A stretch of 61,070 nt of DNA, the filler included. It is 8 parts of 8 records of this genome, joined end to end, with 100 filler letters (N's around TTAATTAATTAA, not from the genome) between each part and the next. Parts side by side here need not be neighbours in the genome. Positions count along the whole stretch, not along the records: positions 37,940 to 47,674 come from SRR31156797_32261; positions 47,775 to 55,349 come from SRR31156797_32268; 6 more parts are not named here. The stretch is one strand, 5' to 3'. The notes beneath the pieces were generated by a model. The model was not told the origin of the DNA. It did not search any database and saw only the letters and a list, made by a program, of their open reading frames with translations. Shown here one piece after another: positions 40,078-48,403 of this stretch; the first letter of the stretch is position 1; every line of letters begins with the position of its first letter. A program made the position numbers and the translations under genes.

Positions 40078-40500
40078 CTATCTTTTCCTGGGGGGGCTGA
40101 TCACGGCCGTACCGTCGAGTACCAGGGTCTTGTCCTGGTTGAAACAGCGGGTGGCCAGGGTGACTATTTTTCTTTCCGGATCGATCTCGAGCACCTCGAC
40201 GGTGGCGCTGATGGTGTCCCCGATGTGGACCGGCGCGAGGAACTTGAGATTCTGTTCCCTGTAGATGGTGCCGGGACCGGGAAGCTTCATTCCGATGACG
40301 GCGGAGATGAAGCCGGCCGAGAGCATGCCATGGGCGATCCTGGCCTTGAAAAAGGTGTCTGACGCATATTCATGGTCGATGTGTGCCGGGTTGAGGTCTC
40401 CGCTGATGCCGGCATAGAGATATATGTCGGACTCGGACACGGTCTTTGTGAACCGGGCGGAATCCCCGGGATTCAGCTCTTCGATGGTTTTTCCTGTCAC
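40078..40500 (-). CDS. phaJ: MaoC-family (R)-specific enoyl-CoA hydratase (PhaJ-like)
   Basis: SGDLNPAHID catalytic D/H motif, IAHGML, LPGPG and FLAPV; RBS GGAGG before GTG 40500; lies in the pha operon. Confidence 0.85.
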   Translation of the reverse strand: MTGKTIEELNPGDSARFTKTVSESDIYLYAGISGDLNPAHIDHEYASDTFFKARIAHGMLSAGFISAVIGMKLPGPGTIYREQNLKFLAPVHIGDTISATVEVLEIDPERKIVTLATRCFNQDKTLVLDGTAVISPPRKR

Positions 40501-40525
40501 TGTTCCTCCTTGGGTTTCGGGTGGG

Positions 40526-41569
40526 TTAGAACCAGGAGCGGTGGCTCCAGATCTCTTTTTCCAGGTTCTCCTTGTCCTGCTGGAGCTGGAGGTACATGGA
40601 AGCGTTCTGGATGGCAAGTCCCCCAAGGCGCGCCAGGGACCTCAGCAGGGCCAGAGCGTCCTCGGAAAACTTCCTGTCTTCATCGCAGTAGATCCGCAGA
40701 ATGCCGATGACCTCCTCCTTGACGGTGATGGGCAGGTTCAGCATGGTGACGATGCCTTCCTTTTTTTTCTCCTCCAGGTAGTCGATGGCGCTGTTGTTAT
40801 GGCTGGTGATGCACATCATGGTGTTTGAAAGGGAAGGCGACAGGGTGGCGGCCGACACCGGGCCCTTGTTCAGGTAGGTTTCGCTCAGGCCGTAGCTGGA
40901 TACCAGCCGCAGTTCCTTTTTTTCCTCGTCCATGAGTCGGACCGAGGTGCCCTTGACGTTGAACGCTTCTGCGATTTCCGACGACATGATGTGCAGGATA
41001 TGCTTGATGTCCAGGGATGAGTTGAGATCCTCCGTGATGGAGAGGAGCAGTTCGGCATTGTTCTTCTTTCGCTCGATGAAACGGGCTTTCTGGATCGCCA
41101 TGCCGCCCTGGTCGGCCAGGGCGCCTAAAAATTCGATATCGAGTTTGTCAAAATCCCTGGGTTCCGCCGTGTAGAGGGAGAGGGTGCCGATGGCCTTTTC
41201 ATCCGCGATAACCGGAACCACGAGGATGGAGGCGATCCCCTCCGCCCGTTTTGCCGCATGGTGTTCAGTCCGGGGGTCCGAGGCGGCATCCTTGAGCGCA
41301 AGGTAGCCCCCCTGCTTCAGGATGTCCTTGGTCAGGGCCTGGGCCTTTTCCGGCGCCGCATGGACATAGGTATCGGAGAGACCGGTCTGGGCCACCGGAA
41401 AAAACACATCCTTCTGTCCGTTTTTCAGAAACAGGGAGCTGGCCTTGGCATCCATGGCCTGGACAGCGCTGTTGACGATGAGATTGAGAACCTCTTCCAT
41501 TTCAAAGGTGCGCTGCATGGAATTGCTGATGTGACAAAAGGTCTTAAAATAGGCGTTGCAGTTTTTCAT
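40526..41569 (-). CDS. Tandem GAF-domain protein without output domain
   Basis: Two GAF repeats (ASSLFL/GLSDTY/SILVVP/IGTL and GTSVRL/GLSETY/MLNLP/IGIL), ending in a short coil WSHRSWF. Confidence 0.87.
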   Translation of the reverse strand: MKNCNAYFKTFCHISNSMQRTFEMEEVLNLIVNSAVQAMDAKASSLFLKNGQKDVFFPVAQTGLSDTYVHAAPEKAQALTKDILKQGGYLALKDAASDPRTEHHAAKRAEGIASILVVPVIADEKAIGTLSLYTAEPRDFDKLDIEFLGALADQGGMAIQKARFIERKKNNAELLLSITEDLNSSLDIKHILHIMSSEIAEAFNVKGTSVRLMDEEKKELRLVSSYGLSETYLNKGPVSAATLSPSLSNTMMCITSHNNSAIDYLEEKKKEGIVTMLNLPITVKEEVIGILRIYCDEDRKFSEDALALLRSLARLGGLAIQNASMYLQLQQDKENLEKEIWSHRSWF

Positions 41570-41597
41570 TGCGTTCTCCATTGGGGTGGGTTGACGG

Positions 41598-42671
41598 TCA
41601 TTCCCTTTCTTTTAACCACTCAACGATCTTGGGCGCGAATCCCTCCTGGCATTTTTTACTCACATATATGCCGATGTGGCCGGTGTTGAAACAGATGTCC
41701 TCGGTGTCGGTGGAGCCCACCGCGCCGGTCAGGAGTTCGCAGGCCTCGGGCGGGACCAGATGGTCGTATTTTCCGTAAAAATTCAGCAACGGCATGGTGA
41801 TCCGCTTCAGGTCCACCCGGCTGCCGTCCACCTCCATCTTGTTCTGGATGAGCAGGTTGTGCTTGTAGCAGTCGTTGATGAACTGCTTAAAGGTGGCCGC
41901 CGGCACATCCGGGCTGTCAAAAATCCATTTCTCCATGCGGATGAAGTTTTCGACAAAATTCTTGTTGTCCATGTTGTTGAAGAACCCCACATACTTGTCG
42001 ATCATGAGCCTGGCCGGATTGAGCAGGAGAAAGCCCAGGTTCATCAGGTCCCCCGGCATGTTGCCGTAGGTGTTGCCCAGCAGGTCTGCGGCCGTGTTTT
42101 TCATCCAGATGTGAAGCAGGCCCTGGTCCGTATCAAAGTTGGTGGGCGTCACCGTGGTGACCAGGTTTTTGATCTTTTCCGGGAAGAGGGCCGAATAGAT
42201 CACGGAAAAGGTGCCGCCCATGCAGATGCCCATGAGGTTGATCTTTGGCGCCCCGGTTTTCGCAATGATGAAATCGACGACGTTGTCCATGTATCCCTTC
42301 ACATGGTCGCCGATGGTCTGGTACTGGTCCTTCCGGGTGGGATAGCCCCAGTCGATCATGTACACCTCCACGCCCTTGTCCAGGAAGGTTTCGACCACGC
42401 TCCTTTCGGGCTGGAGATCAAGCATGGTCTCCCGGTTGATCAGGGCGTAGACCACGAGCAGCGGTGTTGTGCCGGTGGGCTTCTCGGGCCGGTAGTGCTT
42501 GAGCTTGATCCGGTCCTCCTTGTATACGATATCGTAAGGGGTGGTGGCAAGATCGGTCTCAAGTTCCCCGGTCAGAAGCTCCCGTCCCTTTTTGATGCGA
42601 TTTTTGGTGGTTTTATGCTGTTTTGACAGGTTGTTCAGAATAAGATCCACTGGAATCTTAGTGGTTGTCAT
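41598..42671 (-). CDS. phaC: Class III PHA synthase catalytic subunit
   Basis: PLLVVYALIN..MLDLQP, GICMGG lipase box, YDHLVP and TGHIG; 357 aa. Confidence 0.95.
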   Translation of the reverse strand: MTTTKIPVDLILNNLSKQHKTTKNRIKKGRELLTGELETDLATTPYDIVYKEDRIKLKHYRPEKPTGTTPLLVVYALINRETMLDLQPERSVVETFLDKGVEVYMIDWGYPTRKDQYQTIGDHVKGYMDNVVDFIIAKTGAPKINLMGICMGGTFSVIYSALFPEKIKNLVTTVTPTNFDTDQGLLHIWMKNTAADLLGNTYGNMPGDLMNLGFLLLNPARLMIDKYVGFFNNMDNKNFVENFIRMEKWIFDSPDVPAATFKQFINDCYKHNLLIQNKMEVDGSRVDLKRITMPLLNFYGKYDHLVPPEACELLTGAVGSTDTEDICFNTGHIGIYVSKKCQEGFAPKIVEWLKERE

Positions 42672-42691
42672 GGTGGTGTCTCCTCTGAAAA

Positions 42692-43612
42692 TTACTTCTT
42701 TTTAAGCTGGGCGATCTCTTTTGAAAGCGCTTTGAGCTGTTTTTTCAATGTGTGGAGCTCCTTGTACACTTCGTCCATCTCCTGGTTCGTGGGGACGGGA
42801 AACAGTTTCAACACATGGCAGAGGACCTCGTCCCGGGCGTTCCTGTAATCTGCCATGGCGTCGATGGTTTCCTTGAGCACCTGGGTGTACTTCTCGGATT
42901 TGAGCAGTACCATGTAGTGCCCTTCAAGAATCTTCACCCATTCGTCATATCCCTTGCTTGTATCGTCGAAAAATTCGCCCTTGTTGAGCATCCCCTCCAG
43001 TTTATCCTGCATCACCCGGTTGGTCTTCTCGATGGGGACTGAAAAGAGATAGCCAAGCTCGGACAGGTGAAAGTGGAAGAGGTTGAACTTGTCCACGAGG
43101 GTGGCGATCCGTTCCTGGTAGAATCGCGGCAGCCCGAGCTGGGGGATCTGGAGATACTTCTGGAACTCCTGTTCGTAAAGGGCGCGAAACGACTCAAACA
43201 TGTTGTGGTCGATATCTTCAAAGCTGTAAGGCTTTGTCCGCTGGCCGATGGCCGTCAGGGTCTTGAGAAACTGCTCCTGGAACTCCATGGTGTTTTCAAC
43301 CGAGTCTCCCGACATCTGCAGCAGCATCTCGTAGAGGCTGCCCATGCCCTTGGTTACCGATTCCTGGTTCTCGGGGCGTGTAATCAGTTTCAGGAATGAG
43401 GTGAGATTCTTGCAAGTGGTTTGCCAGGATTCGAAATTTTGGTATGCGGTGCTGTTTTTGGTTTCCCGGGTCTCTCCGGTTTCATGGCTTTCAGGGGACG
43501 CTTCCCCCAGGTCCTGCATCTTTGCAGCATTGTCCCAGAAATTGGTGGCCATGTTCACCCACGAAGAGACAAGATCCTCGTGCAAGGATGTAGAGGTCTT
43601 CTGTTTTGTCAT
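42692..43612 (-). CDS. phaE: Class III PHA synthase subunit PhaE
   Basis: PQLGLPRFYQE, YDEW..ILE..Y and PT.QEMDEVYKEL coiled-coil end; directly upstream of phaC. Confidence 0.9.
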   Translation of the reverse strand: MTKQKTSTSLHEDLVSSWVNMATNFWDNAAKMQDLGEASPESHETGETRETKNSTAYQNFESWQTTCKNLTSFLKLITRPENQESVTKGMGSLYEMLLQMSGDSVENTMEFQEQFLKTLTAIGQRTKPYSFEDIDHNMFESFRALYEQEFQKYLQIPQLGLPRFYQERIATLVDKFNLFHFHLSELGYLFSVPIEKTNRVMQDKLEGMLNKGEFFDDTSKGYDEWVKILEGHYMVLLKSEKYTQVLKETIDAMADYRNARDEVLCHVLKLFPVPTNQEMDEVYKELHTLKKQLKALSKEIAQLKKK

Positions 43613-43652
43613 TTCCTGCTCCGTTGTTCAGTTTAAGAAAAATCGCTTAACC

Positions 43653-44105
43653 TTACTTCTTATCGTCATTGTTCCCCAATGCGGCGGAAAAGAACCGCAT
43701 GGGATCCAATTCTTTGAAGGTCTTCCCGGCAAGGGTTGAAAAATCCATGCCCATTTCAAGGTAGGCCTGGACCTGATCATCCATTGCTTTTCTGTATTCC
43801 AGGTAGTTCTCCATGGTTTTTTCCAGGTGCCGGTCGAAAAAATCGTGGAGAATGTTTTCGCCGTACTGTATGACCAGGTGGAGAAGGGAGACCGGCAGTA
43901 AAGAGTCGGCCTCCTTGGCCTTGTTCATGATGATCTGGGTCAGGACAAAGGCCGTGACGTCTTCTCCGGTTTTCACGTCAAGGACTTCGATCCGGTGTCC
44001 TTTTTTAATTGAGTCCGAGACATCCTGGAGGGTGACATAGACACTTTTCCCCGTGTCGTAGAGCCTTCGGTTGGGATACTTTTTTATGCGTATGGTATTG
44101 GTCAC
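43653..44105 (-). CDS. phaR: PHA synthesis regulator PhaR
   Basis: IKKYPNRRLYDT..S.YVTL..V..TGEDVT..VLTQII. Confidence 0.93.
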   Translation of the reverse strand: MTNTIRIKKYPNRRLYDTGKSVYVTLQDVSDSIKKGHRIEVLDVKTGEDVTAFVLTQIIMNKAKEADSLLPVSLLHLVIQYGENILHDFFDRHLEKTMENYLEYRKAMDDQVQAYLEMGMDFSTLAGKTFKELDPMRFFSAALGNNDDKK

Positions 44106-44227
44106 TCTGTTTTTCCCCTGGTTCGCGTGAACGTTGTTAAATAATAAAGATATTGTTCAACTGGCAATATAACGAGCTTGGGAAGTGCGCATCTTTCGAA
44201 CTTGAGAACTTGGAAAAAATTATTTAC

Positions 44228-44261
44228 GTTGCATCTTACAGCGCAACAATATTGATGTCAA
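44228..44261 (-). promoter_or_regulatory. phaR promoter overlapped by a TGC/GCA inverted repeat (probable PhaR operator)
   Basis: Minus strand TTGACA (44261-44256)-17 bp-TAAGAT (44238-44233); GTTGC...GCAAC at 44228-44247. Confidence 0.65.
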
Positions 44262-44355
44262 TGGCTAATTTTTGAAGGCGATTTTTGGGTTAACCACTTG
44301 ATATCGTAGGTGGATTTGCCTAAAAAGTCAGATTTATCGTATGGAATATTAAAAT

Positions 44356-44406
44356 TGTGCGATGCATCATTTTTCCCTTGACAACCTTTTGTCGCCCCCC
44401 TATTAT
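44356..44406 (+). promoter_or_regulatory. Phasin operon promoter with upstream PhaR-type box
   Basis: TGCGATGCA at 44358-44366; TTGACA (44378-44383)-17 bp-TATTAT (44401-44406). Confidence 0.72.
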
Positions 44407-44645
44407 GTGCCATACGAAACGGAAAATTAGAGAATGATGCCGTGGCAGATACCCCTGTGGTGTGGTGCGCGAAATCTCTCGGTAAATCAAAAAATCCATC
44501 AAAATAAAGAAGCTTAACGATCCTGTGTCCGGTGTGGCAGAGCTCGACTTGTCAACCCCTGGGATGGATGTTCCGTACGATATCGCTTTGTTGGAATTAA
44601 CCGCAAAAAAGTTTCAATTAACCCCAAAAAAAAGGAGTCGCGATT

Positions 44646-44906
44646 ATGGAAGCAGCAAAACTTGCAAAACAGATGGTCGGTTTTCAAAAATCATTTTTCG
44701 ACAACAGCTACAATGCCATGTGCATTGTCCAGGATCAGACCGAAACCATGGTGAACACCTTTTTAACCCAGCTTCCCTGGGTTACGGAAGAGGGCAAAAA
44801 GGCCATGGACAGCGGCGTGGCATTTTCCAAAAAGGCCAGGAGTGATTTCAAACAAACCATTGACGATGGTTACAAGAACCTCGATACCCTGTTTGACATC
44901 AAATAG
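44646..44906 (+). CDS. Phasin-like small amphipathic protein 1
   Basis: QMVGFQK..FDN..N...QDQ.E...PW..EEGKK pattern; RBS AAGGAG; divergent from phaR. Confidence 0.72.
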   Translation: MEAAKLAKQMVGFQKSFFDNSYNAMCIVQDQTETMVNTFLTQLPWVTEEGKKAMDSGVAFSKKARSDFKQTIDDGYKNLDTLFDIK

Positions 44907-44927
44907 CCAACCCCATAAGGAGATTCC

Positions 44928-45209
44928 ATGGAAGCAAATAAAACCTTTACCCAGATGGTCGATTTCCAACAGGTGATGTTTGACAACACCTTTAACATGA
45001 TGAAAACATTTCAGTCCCAGGGCGAAGCGTGGATGAATCTGTCCCTGGATCAGAATCCCTGGCTTCCGGAGGATGGGAAAAAGATGTGCACTTACTGGAA
45101 TGAAGCCTGCCAGAATGGCATGGCCAATTACAAGGACTTCATGGATACCGGTTTCACCAAGGCAAGGGAGATATTCGGGCCTCCGGCAGCAAAAACGGCC
45201 AAAAAATAA
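44928..45209 (+). CDS. Phasin-like small amphipathic protein 2
   Basis: Paralog of the previous gene (QMVDFQQ..FDN..N...PWLPEDGKK); short AAKTAKK tail; RBS AAGGAG. Confidence 0.72.
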   Translation: MEANKTFTQMVDFQQVMFDNTFNMMKTFQSQGEAWMNLSLDQNPWLPEDGKKMCTYWNEACQNGMANYKDFMDTGFTKAREIFGPPAAKTAKK

Positions 45210-45221
45210 TAACCCCATACC

Positions 45222-45249
45222 TGCCGGCAGGCGTTCGCGTCTGCCGGCA
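45222..45249 (+). promoter_or_regulatory. Intra-operon GC hairpin with UUCG loop (mRNA stability or attenuation)
   Basis: TGCCGGCAGGCG-TTCG-CGTCTGCCGGCA; no U-tract. Confidence 0.5.
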
Positions 45250-45278
45250 CAAGCAGTACTCCCATAGGAGACAATGCT

Positions 45279-47207
45279 ATGCATACCAGTGATGTGGATT
45301 TCAACAGCTTTTCAATGGAGACCCTTGTCCGGAATATGGCCTCGCAGCCAGGCTTTTTTGCAGATCAGGTCAGCACGGCCCAGGAGCTGTTCCAGGGATT
45401 GTCCAAGTATAACAATGAATTCCTGTCGCCGTTACTGATCTCCACCAACTATTTCAGCAACGTTGAGATCACACGGTTGTTCTGTAAATCGCCCTTGGAG
45501 AGTTTCAACGCCTACATGGGGCTGCTTGAATTCAATATTGACCTGTTGACCCGGTATTTCGAGGGAAGCCTCACTGCCCTGGACGAGTTCAACAACAGGG
45601 AACTTAAAAGAGGGGTGGTGTCCTGGTACAACACCCTGTTCAACCTCAAGGGCGAAAAGCTGGATGGTTTCGTCTCCCGGCAGTCCAAGATGATCTTCAA
45701 CGTCACAAAGCGGTTTCCCCAAGCCATCCAGGAGATCGAGCCCGAGTACGGGTTTCATTTTGAACGGGGGGAACATCCGAAAGTGGCGGAGAGCGAACGG
45801 TTTATCGTCTATCAGATCGTCCCGAGCGATAAATCGGTCAAGACCGATGCCGGGATGAAACCGGTGCTCATCATTCCGCCCTATGTCCTGGGAAGTAACA
45901 TCCTCGCTTTTCTGCCCGGCGAGAACAAGAGCTATGTCCACAGTTTCGCCAACCAGGGGATTCCCACCTATATCCGCACCATGAAGGACATAGAGACCAC
46001 CCCTGCGTTTCAGACCATGACCATTGAGTCGGATGCCCTGGATACTCGCGAATTCTGCGAAATATTAAAGGAAAAGCATGGGAAACCCGTGACCCTGAAC
46101 GGGTATTGCCAGGGGGGCTACTCGGCCCTGTGCAACCTGTTGTCAGGGGAGCTTGACGGTCTGGTGGACGCATTTATCAGCTGCGTGGCGCCCATGGACG
46201 GCACCCGGAGCACCGGGCTTGGCAAATTCCTGAAAAAGCTGCCCATGCGGTTCAACGACCTCCGCTATGGCACCAAAACCCTTGCCAGCGGCAACAGGGT
46301 CGCGGACGGTTTGCTCATGGGCTGGGTCTACAAGCTCAAGAGTATCGAGGCCGAGGCGCCCATGGTTTCCTTTCTCCGGGATATGGCAATGGTGACAGGG
46401 AAAAATGACAAACCGGTAAAGATAAGCAAGACCGCTGCGGCCCTCAACTACTGGCTTCAAAACGAGCGCTCCGACCTTCCCCTTGCCATCACCGAGATGA
46501 GCTTTGCCTCCTACAACATTCCGATTACGGAGGACGGCACCCTGCCTGTGAAGATGTTCGACAGGGAGCTCAATCTCAAACGGATAAACGAGAAGAACAT
46601 TGCCTGGCTCATCTGTTATGGCGAGCATGACGATCTTGTGGAAAAGGAGACAGCCCTTGCTCCCCTTGATTATGTGGATGCGGAGGTGACCCCGTTTCCC
46701 AAGGGACATGTGGCCATCGCAACCTCATGGTCAAACCCGGAATCCGCCTGTGCCCTGCACACCCGGTTCGGAAAGAATCAGGTCCGTGGTCCGGTGCGGT
46801 TCCATCTTGATCTTGACAAGGCCCTTGACGAAGCTGTGAAGCCTGTGGAAACGCCCCTGAAGAAGCGTCCGGTTCCTGAAACAAAAACGGCAGCTCCCAA
46901 ACGGCCGGCCCCCAAAAAAGCGGCCCCAGCTAAAAAAGCGGCATCCCCCAAAAAAGCGGCCCCTGCTAAAAAGACGACTCCTTCCAAGAAAACGGCCAAG
47001 GCGGTAAAGCCGGCCAAGGAGACAACCCTCGCCAAGGAAGCAACCACCGTTTTAACTGCCCCCAAAAAAACGGTTGAAAAAGTTGTGAAAAAGGCAGCCC
47101 CTGAAAAAGTTGCAGCGGAAACCACGCCCCCCCCGGGGGATAAAAAGAGCGGCGGTGGAGGCGAAAAAGCAACCGGGAAAAAAGCAAAACCGACGGTTAA
47201 AGAGTAG
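45279..47207 (+). CDS. PhaC-like alpha/beta-hydrolase with C-terminal Lys/Ala/Pro-rich histone-H1-like tail
   Basis: PVLIIPPY....ILAFLP...SYV PhaC-box, GYCQGG, GEHDDLV and KGHVAI; tail of PKKAAPAKK repeats. Confidence 0.8.
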   Translation: MHTSDVDFNSFSMETLVRNMASQPGFFADQVSTAQELFQGLSKYNNEFLSPLLISTNYFSNVEITRLFCKSPLESFNAYMGLLEFNIDLLTRYFEGSLTALDEFNNRELKRGVVSWYNTLFNLKGEKLDGFVSRQSKMIFNVTKRFPQAIQEIEPEYGFHFERGEHPKVAESERFIVYQIVPSDKSVKTDAGMKPVLIIPPYVLGSNILAFLPGENKSYVHSFANQGIPTYIRTMKDIETTPAFQTMTIESDALDTREFCEILKEKHGKPVTLNGYCQGGYSALCNLLSGELDGLVDAFISCVAPMDGTRSTGLGKFLKKLPMRFNDLRYGTKTLASGNRVADGLLMGWVYKLKSIEAEAPMVSFLRDMAMVTGKNDKPVKISKTAAALNYWLQNERSDLPLAITEMSFASYNIPITEDGTLPVKMFDRELNLKRINEKNIAWLICYGEHDDLVEKETALAPLDYVDAEVTPFPKGHVAIATSWSNPESACALHTRFGKNQVRGPVRFHLDLDKALDEAVKPVETPLKKRPVPETKTAAPKRPAPKKAAPAKKAASPKKAAPAKKTTPSKKTAKAVKPAKETTLAKEATTVLTAPKKTVEKVVKKAAPEKVAAETTPPPGDKKSGGGGEKATGKKAKPTVKE

Positions 47208-47295
47208 CGCTGTACAGAAACGGTTTTTCCGGTCGTCATTTTCAGGTTGATCTTTTCGGGGAGAGTTGTGTCTCCAAAAGGAATGTGGGGTAACT

Positions 47296-47634
47296 ATGAA
47301 GGCGTTTGTCAAGGTTTGCAAGGCCCTGTCGGATTCCAGCAGGGTCAAAATTGTCAAGATGCTTCAGCACAAGGTGATGTGCGTGTGCGAGCTTACCCAT
47401 GCCCTGGGACTTGCCCAGCCCACGGTGTCAAAGCATTTGAAAATTTTGGAACAGGCGGGATTCGTTAATTCCGCCCGGGAGGAACGCTGGGTCAACTACA
47501 GCCTTTCCGATGGAAAAGACAATCCCTATGTCGCAAGCCTGCTTGACAAAATAAAGTGTTGGATGGAGGATGATCCTGAAATGGCGTCCCTCATCCGCCG
47601 TCTTCCGGAGATCAGGCGGGATGAGGTCTGCTGA
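47296..47634 (+). CDS. ArsR/SmtB-family metalloregulator
   Basis: KALSD..R..I....MCVCEL...L.AQPTVSKHLK.L; start at ATG 47296. Confidence 0.92.
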   Translation: MKAFVKVCKALSDSSRVKIVKMLQHKVMCVCELTHALGLAQPTVSKHLKILEQAGFVNSAREERWVNYSLSDGKDNPYVASLLDKIKCWMEDDPEMASLIRRLPEIRRDEVC

Positions 47635-47674
47635 AGTTTGGCCTTGTGTGGATCTTCCCGCCCTCCTTACCGTA

Positions 47675-47774
47675 NNNNNNNNNNNNNNNNNNNNNNNNNN
47701 NNNNNNNNNNNNNNNNNNTTAATTAATTAANNNNNNNNNNNNNNNNNNNNNNNNNNNNNNNNNNNNNNNNNNNN
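47675..47774. other. Artificial contig spacer
   Basis: N-run with TTAATTAATTAA. Confidence 0.99.
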
Positions 47775-47996
47775 CAGAGCCTGTACCCTGAAGCGCTTCA
47801 CATTTAGATTGTGCAGCAGGCCAATGCCAAAAGCTGCGGTCTTCCCACTTCCTGTCTTGGCCTGAGCAAGCAGGTCCCCCCCCTTAAGCACATGGGGTAA
47901 ACTTTCTGCCTGAACAGGAGTCATCTCCTGATATCCAAGGGTCTCCAGGTTGTCGATCATTGGCTTGGTTAATGGCAAAACGGTAAAAGCACTCAT
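47775..47996 (-). CDS. dbpA: DEAD-box RNA helicase DbpA, N-terminal fragment
   Basis: LGYQEMTPVQAESLP Q-motif, AQAKTGSGKTAAFGIGLL and FRVQAL. Confidence 0.85.
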
Positions 47997-48403
47997 AGAA
48001 CCCTTTTTTATTGAATCCAGACCGACAAGGCCTTTTATGATTTTTTCACACTCAACGCTGTTTAACTTATAGATATAGCAGGCGAATCAGAGATATACAA
48101 CAGAAGTCACTCTTTGCCGTTGCATCAGCCTGGATTTGATTCAGAGCGAACCTTTCCAGAGGAGACTCAGCCTTCCCTGCTTTCCCACCCAATGCATCAT
48201 AGACTTTTTTATCATCTTCGGAAAATCACATAAAATGACATTGGACCGATTTAACAAGGACAGGTCGTCACAAGGGTTGCTCTCAGCGTGAAATAATCGT
48301 ATGTATTACTTGTGGTTAATGGAAAAATGAAAGATCAAAATGCTGTTTTATTAGTCGTTTATTAGTTCAGGAAAACCTAACTTCAATTATAAGGTGCCTA
48401 GCA

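Noticed and set aside
41676-42626. 316-aa plus-strand ORF antisense to phaC (and similar long antisense ORFs in contigs A and F)
   Set aside because: Shadow ORFs caused by GC-rich codon bias; the opposite strand carries the clear gene.
46778-47239. Hydrophobic 153-aa minus-strand ORF
   Set aside because: Antisense image of the K/A/P-rich tail.
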